Shown one piece after another: positions 35,861-47,844 of a stretch of DNA of 64,000 bases (positions are counted from its first letter, which is position 1; the number at the start of each line of letters is the position of its first letter). The stretch is taken from contig NC_135908.1 in the NCBI RefSeq assembly GCF_964194155.1, positions 10,044,001 through 10,108,000 of the forward strand. The letters run 5' to 3'. Under the pieces are notes generated by a model. The model searched no databases. It saw only the letters and a list, made by a program, of their open reading frames with translations, and was not told the DNA's origin. The position numbers and the translations under genes were made by a program. Origin of the DNA: Cetorhinus maximus. Taxonomy: Eukaryota.

Positions 35861-38441
35861 TGCATCAACATGGTACAGCAAGCATAGTTCAAGAGTCTCA
35901 CAGAGGCAAGGAAAAATAATTTCAATGCCTCCATTTTACTAATCTGTTCAACATTGGACACTCTCCACCCCTTTCTCTCTCTGCACCACCCGCACCAGGG
36001 AGGCAGAGGAAGTAACCAGCTATAGAATTCCTTAGATATTTTGGGAAGAATGGCAGAATCCCAAGTAGAACTGGACAGTGAATGTAGTGGGCCAATTGGC
36101 TTAATGGCAGCCTTTAAGCCATTGAAACCTGCTCTGTGTCAGATGGAACTGCTGAGTTCAAAGATAAAGGTGGCAGTTTATGACTACTAATCTTTCAAGG
36201 AAAAACACTGCAGAAACAGGTGGGGCACTAACTCACTATCACCACCATAAAGCTCACTTACAGTGTAGATAAGATACACGACAAAAGGCAAGTGATACTT
36301 GGCCATGACAGACTACATCCTAGCAAGCACGGATTTGACTCACACCACTTCAGTTATTAAATGAATTTGAAGTTCTTTTTTAAAGGCTTAAAGGCACATA
36401 CTGAAGTGGGATGGGGAAAGTTGAAGACAGTAGGAGATTTAATGAGACCAGGAGCTGCATATTTATTTAATTCAGTATACGATTTTACATCAAGCCATCA
36501 AAAATCATTGACAGCTGTAAAAGTGAGCTGAATATGCAACCTATCTCTGAAAAAGATTACAAACTCAAAAGCAGCTGAACATGGCCACAGAAAATGGCTT
36601 TGGCAATTTTCAGACACTAAACTAGCTTCCATTGGAGAACATAATTTCGTGGCCTGAAGCCTTACTCAGTTCCCAAGGCAGCTAAATAAGTAATGCCATT
36701 TTCAACAGCTCCCTGTTCTTCCCCCTTGGCCTTCACCATTGGATCTCTGTGAACAGACATACACAACTGAAGTTGGGTCATCAACACAATTCCCGCAAGT
36801 ATCCAAAAAAATGGCCCATGATGAATAAGGAAAATCTTTAGAGCTGGCACTGCAACTAACCAGTGCCAATTAAACAACTGTGAAAAGCTTGGATGCAGTG
36901 CGTTCACAAAGGGCTGAAGTTGAAAAGTAGCAGTGCATTGCAAAACTGGACACCAACCAATGACGGAGCTGCTGCTGTTTTGAACAAGTAGCCAAGGAAG
37001 TTTACAAAAAGCTTTGTAAAAGAAAGCAAACCAATACCATCAGAAACAAGAGCTGAACACCATTAGGTAAAAGGAAAAATATTCCCCTGTGTGCAGCAAC
37101 AAATTGAGGGGAGAAAAAAACAGGAACAAATCCTTTTACACACTGGGCTGGGGCCAATGGCCAACCCAAAGCATCAAGCTGAACAGGCCTTGTACTACAG
37201 AAAGCATCAAAGCCACTGCCAGCATTCCCTTTAAGGTTTAATGGTTGTGCATAACAGTTTTTTTTTTAAGAACAGTATGTGGTTCCTTTAAGTTTTTTGC
37301 ATGGTCTCACACACACATCGTGCATCCTGGAACAAGGCCTGAATGGAACCTTCCAGGCTGCTGTGCACCCAGTCAGCTTAGCAGCAACATTGGTCACTCA
37401 CATGCTGCTGAAATTCATTGGATGGTTACAGCACACGATGCGGCCATTCGGCCTGTTGTGTCTGTGCTAGCTCTGTCAGCTCATTTTGAGTGCTCCTATA
37501 AAATGTACACAGATTCAACCTAGATTGCAACATCAGCAGATAAAGTGCAAAACTAGGAACTGGGTGTGTTTCTCTTTGTCAATAAGTTTTCACACAAAGG
37601 TGGTTAAATGTGGTCACCCCAGCCAGCCAAAACCTGAACATACATACAATCCAGACATGTACAAAGCTATTTCAGCCCAGCACTTTAGCTGAGATTTCTG
37701 GGGACCCATGTCTAGCAGTAGGCCCCTGTCATCTGCATTGTTAAATCCGGCAGCAGAATCATGTGGCCCATGGAGTACATTCTATTTTTAGCACCAGAAC
37801 AAGACCACCAACTTCCATTCCTGCAGCAACCACCTCCGACCTCAATTCAGGCTATCTGCTGCATGAAGGAGCATTTCAACCCCTCACCTCCACTCAACTA
37901 CTCCAACTCTCACCTGAGCAGCCTCCCAACATCACTTCATCCGCTGCCTGTAATCTATTCCACATCAAACCCCACTCGCCCATAAGCTCCCTTGTCACCA
38001 GCTCCTAGGGACCCCCCAAAACCAAAATTCTCAAAAGTTTCACCCCTCTTCAAGTTGCACAACTTCTGTCCGAACTTTCAATTCTTTGACTCCAGGAACC
38101 ATGCTATTTCCACCTTCAAGTCTCCTTTAAAGCCCTGGTCTCTGACCAAGCTTTTGGTCACCTTTCCTAATCTTTCTGGCTTAACATCACTTGTCCTGAG
38201 CTGTAAGGAAAAGATCATAGGATCTTAAGAAATAGGAGAAGTTGGCCCCTTTGAGCCTGCTCTGACATTCAAGATCATGGCTGATGTGGCCTTAACTCCG
38301 CTTTCCTGCCTACTCCCCATAACACTGGATTTCCCTGTCGATCATAAACCTTTCAACATTAAAAAAGGTGCTATATGAATGCAGGCTGTTGAAGCTATAC
38401 TGTGCCTTCTTTGGTTTCCACCAGTTCCATTCAGTGCTCAC

Positions 38442-38520
38442 CTTTCTAATGCAGCTCGCCTCCGTTCGAGGAACTCAGTAGAGGAGGAATCTTCCTTCCC
38501 AACTTTCACCTTGGTCATAC
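38442..38520 (-). CDS. SNX1: SNX1 exon 7: [26 protein letters not shown]
   Basis: 79 nt, AG/GTGAGC boundaries. Confidence 0.95.
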
Positions 38521-39305
38521 CTAACCCAAGAGAATCCAGATTAGAAATTTATATCGAGAAAACCAGAGAGATGGTGGAGAAATTGCTTAAGTTGGTTGGC
38601 TACATTGTGGTTCTTGTTGTTCAGGGAAAGGGATTTTATTAAAGAGATTCCCCGACACCATTAAATTTGGTTATTACCAAGGATAACATTCCAATTTGAC
38701 AGTAAGAAGGTTTCCAATTCAAAAGGCCTGGATTTCACTGACAAGTAAATAAGCCTATTACCAAGGCTTGCTGCTAGAAGTTATGAGCATAATGCAGCTT
38801 TAGAGCCTGTAGGAAAACATTATGGTCAATTAGAAGTGTCTTTACAACCCTCCCTGCAATTCACCCCCTTCTCTGGAAGACTCGTGTAGAGCAACATTTC
38901 TATAGCACACTCATCTGTGGGAAGAGCTACTCTTTGCCTACAAGGGAAGAGGGAAGTAAAGTCACATGCAAACCATTCCCATGGCTCAGCATCAGACCTT
39001 GAAATAGATATTTAAGGTTGTTGGAATGGCAGTAGGTGCATGATGGAAAACAACTATGCACTTGAAGAAAACTGCTAGTGTCTTACATTTTTGTATGTGA
39101 AATACGGAGGAGGTTTCAAACAGCATGAACTACTCCATTAAATAAAAAGTATCATTCTTCTTTAATCCCTCCTTTCAAAACTGTGATTCTTAAAGAGCCA
39201 TTTGAAACAGATTTCAGTAAACTCTGAGCCTAGTGCTCTACACCAAACAGTCAGAAGGATGGAAATAAAATGGAATCCCACTTAAACCTGTAATTATGGT
39301 CATAC

Positions 39306-39447
39306 CTATTAAGCTCTTCTCAGGAGGTGGAGGGACAATGAAGCCATTCTGTGAATGCTTTTCTGAGAGTCTGTCGTACAATCCAAGAAAATCACTAAAT
39401 CTTCGCTTTACACTGAAGTCCTTCCTCTTGAACATCGTTAAGCTGGT
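39306..39447 (-). CDS. SNX1: SNX1 exon 6: [47 protein letters not shown]
   Basis: 142 nt; PX RRFSDF motif; [21 protein letters not shown] is SNX1-diagnostic. Confidence 0.96.
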
Positions 39448-39810
39448 CTGCAAAGTAAAACACAAAACAATATTAACCACCGCAACATACCAGTTCGAGA
39501 CTCTGTTCCCAAGATCCAGCATTACCATATGCTGTTAAAGAACCCACACTCTTACCTCAAAAAAACCCCAAAAAGTCAGATAGTTGAGCACTCTCATTGC
39601 CCATGTTGTACACTTTTCAGACTATTTACACATACATTACATCACAATGTAATTTAAAATACACAGCAAGCCTTGTATCCTAAACATGTGAACAGAGAAC
39701 CTTTACTTCAATGGATCAGAGTAGCTACATGATTCACCATGAGTCATATACAGGTATACCACAAAAAGTTATCCAATATGGCAAGTTATCCAAACACTGC
39801 TGACACATAC

Positions 39811-39854
39811 CAAAGTGGAGACTTTGTAGGCCATGTATGCAGCCATCCCATCAC
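39811..39854 (-). CDS. SNX1: SNX1 exon 5: GDGMAAYMAYKVSTL
   Basis: 44 nt; acceptor tttcactag, donor GTATGT. Confidence 0.92.
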
Positions 39855-42120
39855 CTAGTGAAATTAAAAATACAATTATTCCAGGTACATTGTTGCTGCA
39901 TTATCTCCAAATATCAAACCATCAATATATAATAATGCCAGCAGAGCAGTTCTGCAGGTTAGGCAACAGCAGCAGGGTCCAGCAGGCTGAATACCAATTC
40001 ACTGATTGCAGGTTTGGACTAAGCAGCTGCAACCTGCCAAATGAAGCCATAAATGTGTTGACCAAGGCAATTTCGCCAGAACTGTGGAGACACCATAGAT
40101 AAACTCTCAGTTCCACATCCTGACTGATTTACCAGGTCAGCAAGATGCAATACAGCCACTGATCACAGAAATAGGGATAGCACCTGCTCTCTACAATGAG
40201 ATAGCTACCCTCTTGAAAAGAGGGTAACTAACTAATGTATGCAAACCCTACAGGTTTGACTAGGGGAGGAAAGGACAGGAGCACCAAGATTGGGGTTAAT
40301 TTGCCCCTTTCTAACTCCCATTTCCATGTTGATTCTTTCCCTGTCACTGCTTGTTTAATGCTGACAGGAATCCCTCAATTACTATGTCAAATTCCAGACT
40401 TGTTGGTCTAGAGCTCCTAGATTTACATTCTTAATCCAAGAGCCAGAACTCCCGACTGGAATTTCACACTGGAAAAGGTGAGGCTAATGACAAACACACA
40501 GTTTGCTTTCCTTTCACCAGATTCTGGTAGCAGAGACCAAAGGTTGAGGAGGCAACAGGGTGATGGAGAATACCATCAGGCTAAAGTCAAACAGCACCAT
40601 GAGACCAATACAACACCTGGTCCCAAGGTCAGCACCAGCTTAAAACTGGTCATGTCTCTGCAAAATGTCCACAGTGAGAACTAAGGGACGTAGTCCAAAG
40701 TTAAGGAGGTCCAAAGAACATAAGCTCCCATGCTTCAAAATACAAGGAGGTGATAGAATCATGGAAAGGATTATCATTAGAAAAGCGATGGCAAAACAGT
40801 AAGCCATGGCAATTGCTCTAAAAAGGACTGGATGGATTTCTGTTAATCAGGGTACAGGACTACCAGTTTCAGAATCACAGCAAATACACAGACTTGGCAT
40901 GGTAGGTTAAATGGTCCCATAGACTTCATTTCAACTCATTACATTGTTAAATAATCCTTCCTATCACTTGATCAGAGATCATTTGCTGCAAATAGTTTAC
41001 ATTCATCAGGTTGGCATAAACTACGTGAACTGCAACCTACAATGCAAGGTGGTCACATTGAGCAGCCACATTAATTGCCAACATGATAAAAACGTCACAG
41101 ATGTTGGGCTCTGGACTGAAATACAGGAAGTGCTCTCACTCACTCTAGTCACCCAATCACTTATTCTCAGATAATTCTCAAATTAGGGACTGGCATGTTT
41201 GGTATTTAGACACACCCACTGACATGTCATCACTGCGCTCCATACTTCATAGCATCGCAAGTAGTTACTGACCTCCCCTAATCAAGAGGTCCCATCTTTC
41301 AACCCAAGCAGCCTTTAATGAAATTGCACATATTTAAAACTTCTGTAGAAGTTCTGTCCAAGAAGCACCTGAGTGACAAATTTCCAGGCAGATACAGTTT
41401 CTGATCCATGAAAGATTAAATTAGTGGCAAATATTGAATCACATAGGTGAATCCCATAGGTGCAGCCAGCCTCCTCTTATGCTGCCATTAGTACTATGCT
41501 GTGTGTGAAGGAGAACTCTGCCCTGATTTTTCCCCCCATGTTCCATTTCTTGGGACGAGCCTGGCCTCTGCTCAGAGCCTCCCCATAGTCATAGCTCTGA
41601 TTAGGAACTCAATGGAGAAGCTCACCCCACAGCAAGTCAGCATTATGTCCCTGTATAGTCAGTGCCATCACCCCAAGTTTTAAAAATTAAGACAAGTGGA
41701 GCCCTCAATCTACAGGAGTACCAAAGTCAGTGTCATTAGGATCTGACTGATGCTTATACTGCAGGAAGGGAAAGAGAAATAAAAGACAGTGCATTGGTAC
41801 ATGGCATGGATGGCTAATATCAGAACGTGGACTGGCCTCTCTTTTGGACAGGCAGTGAGGGCAGCAGAGAATAGAAATCAGCGGAGAAAGATTGTTCACA
41901 GTGTGGCCAATCCTTAGAATGAGGACAGATGAAAGACAAGACAAGCATTCACCACTGGCTACCAGTCGTTTACAGAGACCATTAGAATTAGAGAAAGCAG
42001 CACAAAGTGTATTAACCTACACTAGAAACACGTGATCTCAAACAGTTAAGCTGACCACAGGCACATCACTTTCCCTGAACCTAAACTAATCTTGGGACAG
42101 AAACAGGATCATTGACTTAC

Positions 42121-42196
42121 CCACTTTCTCTGGCTCAGTAACTGTAACTTTCATGTCAAATTGATCCTCCTCCTCTTCTACTTCTTCCTCCTCCAG
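42121..42196 (-). CDS. SNX1: SNX1 exon 4: LEEEEVEEEEDQFDMKVTVTEPEKV
   Basis: AG/GTAAGT boundaries, phase 0/1; start of the PX domain. Confidence 0.93.
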
Positions 42197-43069
42197 CTGC
42201 CAAGGGAATGAAACAAATGCATTACAGTCAGTATCCCAGCCAAAAGACATACAAATCTAGAAGAACAGACAATTTCAAGTGTCCTTTTAAACTGCCTCAG
42301 GAAAGTACAACTGAGATGAGGGAAAAGAATAAAATGCTTAGTTCATCAGAGCACCCAATGAACCTGTTAACAGTCTCCACATAATGCCCCAAAGGGCCAA
42401 CTAGTGGCAAGCTGAGCTGCACAGACCTGAAAGCTCCAATTTAACACACTAGCCTATACGGAATTAACTCCTGGTAAAGAAAATAATGTTGGGTTCAACA
42501 CTCCATTAGGAAGGGAGGGGAAAAAAAGCCCATGGTTTCAGCTGCTCACTATCCAGTAAATCCAGTGAATGTAGCATTAGGGGTAGCTGTAGCAACCCTC
42601 TCTAATCTGTCTTGCCATAAATTTACTAACACAACTGTAAAAATGCAGAAGACAGAGGGATTAGCATGCGAGCTCCAGCAAATGCTGACCCTGGCCCATT
42701 TGTATGGGTGATTGGTGCAGGTTCTGAAACACCTTGTGCTATTGCCATAGTGAATAGCTCAGGGTGCCTGTCTATCCATTTAGTGCCACTGGAACTTGGA
42801 TCAGGAGCCAGAACTCAAGAACGCTGTAAAATGATGCACTGTCCTATACTGATGAGCAACATGTAGTATTTGGCTCATTAAAGCGAAATTACCTTTCACT
42901 TAAAGCAGAGAAAAACAAGGATACATTCAACTGTGGGAGGAAGTGTGGGGAAAGGAGAAGTGGGATGATATTTAAAAGCCAATTTTCTCAAAAGTTAAGT
43001 TAAAGGTGCAACTCCTACTCCAAGGTCTAGAGTTCATAACATTTAAAAGACTTCAAACTGAATCCTTAC

Positions 43070-43197
43070 CTCTTGGTATATTTTAGTCTGGGATTGTATA
43101 GCAGAACCAGGTGGAACTGTTACTGTCAGACCAGCAGCGGATGGTTTAGTTTGATTGTCATTTTGAGGGCTGTCCAGAGATAACTCCACAGTGGCTT
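43070..43197 (-). CDS. SNX1: SNX1 exon 3: EATVELSLDSPQNDNQ...KIYQE
   Basis: Acceptor cattgcag, donor GTAAGG; ATVELSLDS motif. Confidence 0.92.
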
Positions 43198-44679
43198 CTG
43201 CAATGAGACAGCTTTCAATATAACATGCTACTGCCACACACATCGCCCTCACTATGTTTTACTACAATGAAAGGACCTATATCTTTTACAAGTTGAAGCG
43301 GCATTGCCATTACACCAAAGATACCTGATCTCCTGCTACAGGCTGGGACTCTCAATCCCAATAGAACAGTTCTCGTTGTGTAGCCCAGAAGCACCTGTAT
43401 ACCCTGTGACTCCAACAGATGTGCTGCTCTGTATATTTCTGGGCTTTAATTCACAACTGTGATGCTTCCTGAACTGGAACAACAGTAATCTCGTCCTATA
43501 GTTTTAATAGATTTCTCAACCTTGTAACTCTTCACCTCACCATGCAGCTTGGGCAAAAAGCAGCTGGTTCCCACTCAACAAATGTTCAGCATGGCACAAG
43601 TTCAGATGTTCAACATTGGGTCACAACTACAGATCCTGCTCCTTTAGTGATCGTGTACTGCAACTTGTGAACATTTCTGGCCACACCTGTCATGGGAGGC
43701 ACTGCATGGGATTGCAGTGCTCAGAGAAGATTTATTAAGTATAATCTTACCCTAGAGAATATCACTTGAGACAAACTTTGGGGTTGAGGTTTGCAGGTGC
43801 CTGAAGCCCTTCTTGAATAGAAATTTCAATGCAAGATCTCCTAAATGTTAAAAGTAAGCTGGCTTTTAATATACAAAACACAACAGCCTATCCAAAGCAA
43901 GGCAGTTGTTAAGTGGCCCATTGTCAGCCCCAGGGCTGCTCTGTAAGAGTTCCTCAAGGCAGTTTCCTAGACCCAACCATCTTCAACTGCTCCAATGACC
44001 TTCCCTCCATAAAGTCAGGAGTGGGGACATTCACTGATGATTGCCTTGTTTTCAGTGCTTAGATAATGAAGTAGTCCATGCCCACAAGCAGCAAGATGTG
44101 GCAAGTAATAGTCATGCCAGGCAATGACCATCTCCAACGAGAAAGTCCAACTAATTTCCCTAAACACTCAATGGTATTACCATCAACAACCTGGAGTTAC
44201 CACTGACCAGAAGCTGAACTGGACCAGACACGTAGATACTGTGGCTACAAGAGCAGCTCAGAGGCTGGGTAACCCAAGTAGAGAACTCTCAACATTTATA
44301 TACCGAAAATATGGCACAGCCATGGCCTGTATTATTGCCACCAGAAAATCAATATGAAGGAAGCAAACTGCATGCCAGTAAGGTGGTTCTCAAGATTAGC
44401 AAGAGCCAGAGGGAGGGATGGAGCCCATTCACTCATGGTCAGGACTGATGACACAATTAATAATAGGAAACCAACATTTTGATTGCAAATTTGAAATGTA
44501 GCCAATATAAAAAACACGTCATCCACAAGCATCTGCTTACGTCAAGTGCAAAGTAATTCCAAGAGAGTCCTCTCTGTACCAGTCAGGTGCCAGAGTCCCC
44601 ACAGGGCTGGTTGGCTGTCCTGGATGTTAAAGAGATTTTACAAGAAGAAACAAAATTACTGGAATTTTAAACCCATTAC

Positions 44680-44776
44680 CTGCAAAAATATCTTGCTCGT
44701 CATCATCAGAGTGGATACCATTCGTCTTGGAGTTGCTGCAGGGAGTCTTTCTGGAATCCATCTCCGAAGGGCAGGT
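44680..44776 (-). CDS. SNX1: SNX1 exon 2: TCPSEMDSRKTPCSNSKTNGIHSDDDEQDIFA
   Basis: Acceptor ttttttag, donor GTAATG, phase 0/1; NGIH...QDxFA as in SNX1. Confidence 0.88.
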
Positions 44777-46682
44777 CTAAAAAAATACATTAAAATTCAC
44801 TTAACGGAAGTTAGAAGCACTAGAACATGAACAAACAGCTTTTTAAAAAGTGACAACAGAGGTTAATACAAGCACACACACTTGACCAGCAAAATCACGG
44901 ATCAGCTTTGCTGTTTGAGGCCCACAAATTGCCCATTTATATCCCAACAGGGCACCTGCTATCTGGTATTGCCCCTCAGCGTACACTTCCAAGCACTTAT
45001 CCCACTCAGAGGAAATATAAAGAAGGGCTTCCTGTAAACCTCACTATTCCCTCAATTCATCTCATGGATAAACACTGACATTCATCACAGACACTTTACT
45101 CGAGGCCTCAATTTACTGAATCAGGTTTCCAGGCGAGCAACTCTTAATTGGCTGCCTTGTTCAATTAAAGAAACTTCCGATTAAAGGATTCAACCCTCTC
45201 TATCCAAAAAATTCACTTTTTATTAAAAGCTATTTTGCAAGGGGGCAAGAAAAAGGAGAAGAGGACAGGTGGTAAGGATGGAAAAGGGAAGCTCAAGTGG
45301 TTTGCACACTGCAGTGAGCTTAAAAAGCAACTAGAGAAATAATATTACTAACAAAACAAAAACAGAATTACCTGGAAAAACTCAGCAGGTCTGGCAGCAT
45401 CGGTGGAGAATAAATCAGTTAACGTTTCGAGTCTTCATGACCCTTCGGCAGAACTGAGTATAGTTAGGAGAAAGGTGAAATATAAGCTGGTCTAAGGTGG
45501 GGGGGGCGGGGGGAGAGAGAAGTTGAGGGTGGGATGATTGTGGAGATAAGCAAGCAGTGATAGGAGCAGATAATCAAAAGATGTCACAGACAAAAGGATC
45601 AAAGAGGTGTTGAAGGTGGTGATAATAATATGATCAATAAACAGAGGTTAGAGAGTAGGAAGAGAATGAAAGCAAAATAGATCAAAACTCCAGGCACACC
45701 ATTCTGCCACTAAACACCAGGAGTTTGAAGTGGCTGAGGTCATACAGACATACCAAGCTCCAATTACCGCCATAACCTTGCTCAGGATATCTTCAAGTGA
45801 TCCACCTAAAATGTGGGCAATCCTGCTAGAAACTCAATCTGCGAGATTAGGGGGAAGCATCAAGGTTCTCTCCATTCCCACTACAAGCCTACACCCACAG
45901 GAATGGCAGAATAAAACACAAACTAAACCTGCCTTCAGCAGCAGAGGGAATCATGATTAAGGCGCCCTACTACCATACTTGACAAAAATGGCGAGACTTA
46001 GCTGCCGTATACCAACCTCTCCTCCCTCACTTCAATTCTAAATCAGTTGGAGTGGAACTGTTCCCTACTGATCTTACAATTAACAATCCACTCAATTCAA
46101 AACATCATTTAAGTCAAATCACATGAATGTACAGGACTATCAAACCATAAGATGTAGGAGTAGGCCATTTGGCCCATCGAGTCCGCTCTGCCATTCAATG
46201 AGATGATGGCTGATCTGATAACCCTCAACACCAACCTCCTGCCTTTTCCCCATAGCCCTCGATTCCCTTACTGATTAAAAATCTGTCTATCTCAGCCTTC
46301 AACATACTTAACGACGCAGCCTCTACAGCCCTCTGCTGTAAAGGATTCCACAGATTGACTACCCTCAGAAGAAATTCCTCCTCATCTCTGTCTTAAATGG
46401 GTGAAACATATAACCCTTACTCTGAGATTATGCTCTCTGGTCCTAGACTCTCCCACAAGGGGAAACAACCTCTCAGCATCTACCCTGTCAAGCCCCCTAA
46501 GAATCTTATATGTTTCAATAAGGTTGCCTCTCATTCTTCTAAACTCTAATAAGTACAGGCCCAACCTACTCAACCTCTCCTCATAAGAAAATCCCTCCAT
46601 ACCCAGGATCAACCTAGTGAACCTTCTCTGGACTGCCTCTAATGCCAGTATATATTTCCTTAGATAAGGGGACCAAAACTTT

Positions 46683-46828
46683 TCACAGTATTCTACATGT
46701 GGTGTACAGTATTCTACATGTGGTGTACAGTATTCTACGTGGTGTACAGTATTCTACGTGGTGTACAGTATTCTACGTGGTGTACAGTATTCTACGTGGT
46801 GTACAGTATTCTACATGTGGTGTACAGT
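46683..46828. repeat. 19/21-bp tandem repeat (ACAGTATTCTAC[AT]GTGGTGT) inside a CR1
   Basis: About 7 copies of a CR1-internal motif. Confidence 0.88.
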
Positions 46829-47552
46829 TATAGCAAGACTTCCCTATTTTTGTACTCCATTGCCTTTGAAATGAAGGCCAACATTTCATTTGCCTTACCT
46901 ATTACCTGCTGCTTGTATGCTAGCTTTTTGCGATTCATGCACAAGGACCCCCAAATCCCTCTGTGCTGCAGCCTTCTGCAGGCTCTCTATTTAAATAATA
47001 TTCAGCTCCTCTATTCTTCCAGCCAAAGTGCATAACCTCACATTTTCCCACATATTCCATCTGCCAAGTTTTTGTCCACTCACTTAACCTGTCTATATCC
47101 CTCTGCAGGGATCATCCTCATCACTTGCCTCCCCACCTATTTTAGTGTCATCCGCAAACTTGGCGGTAGTACATTCACTTCCCTCATCCAAGTCATTAAT
47201 ATATATTGTAAATAATCGTGGCCCTAGCACTGATCCCTGTGGCACTCCACTAGTTACAGATTGCCATCCTGAAAATGACCCTTTATCCCAGCTCTCTGTC
47301 CTCTATTGGTTAGCCAATCCTCTATCCATGCTAATATACCACCCCCCAATACCATGGGCTCTTATCTTAAGTAGCCTTTTGGAAATCCAAATATATTACA
47401 TCTACTAGTTCCCCTTTATCTATCCTGCTTGTTACCACCTCAAAGAATTCCAATAAAATTGTCAGGCATGATTTCCCCTTCATGAAGACATGCTGACTCT
47501 GCTTGATTATATTATGCATTTCTAAATGCTCTGCTACTACATCCTTTATAAT

Positions 47553-47844
47553 TTTTTGTTTTATTCATTCATGGGATGTGGGCTTCACTGGCTGTGTCGG
47601 TGAGCAGGTTATTGCTAAGCAAGTGCCGCTTGATAGCACTGCCCATGACCTCTTCCATTACTTTGCTGATGATGGAGAGTAGACTGATGGGGCAGTAACT
47701 GGCCGGGTTGGATTTGTCCTGCTTTCTGTGTGCAGGACGTACCTGGGCAATTTTCCACATAGCCAGGTAGATGCCAGTGTTGTAGTTGTACTGAAACAGC
47801 TTGGCTAGGGGCATGGCAAGTTCTGGAGCACAAGTCTTCAGTAC
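47553..47844 (-). mobile_element. Internally deleted copy of the 18231-21163 LINE family nested in the CR1
   Basis: 3' tail fused to the LAKLFQY...HLLSNNLLTD segment; possible TAAT target-site duplication. Confidence 0.8.
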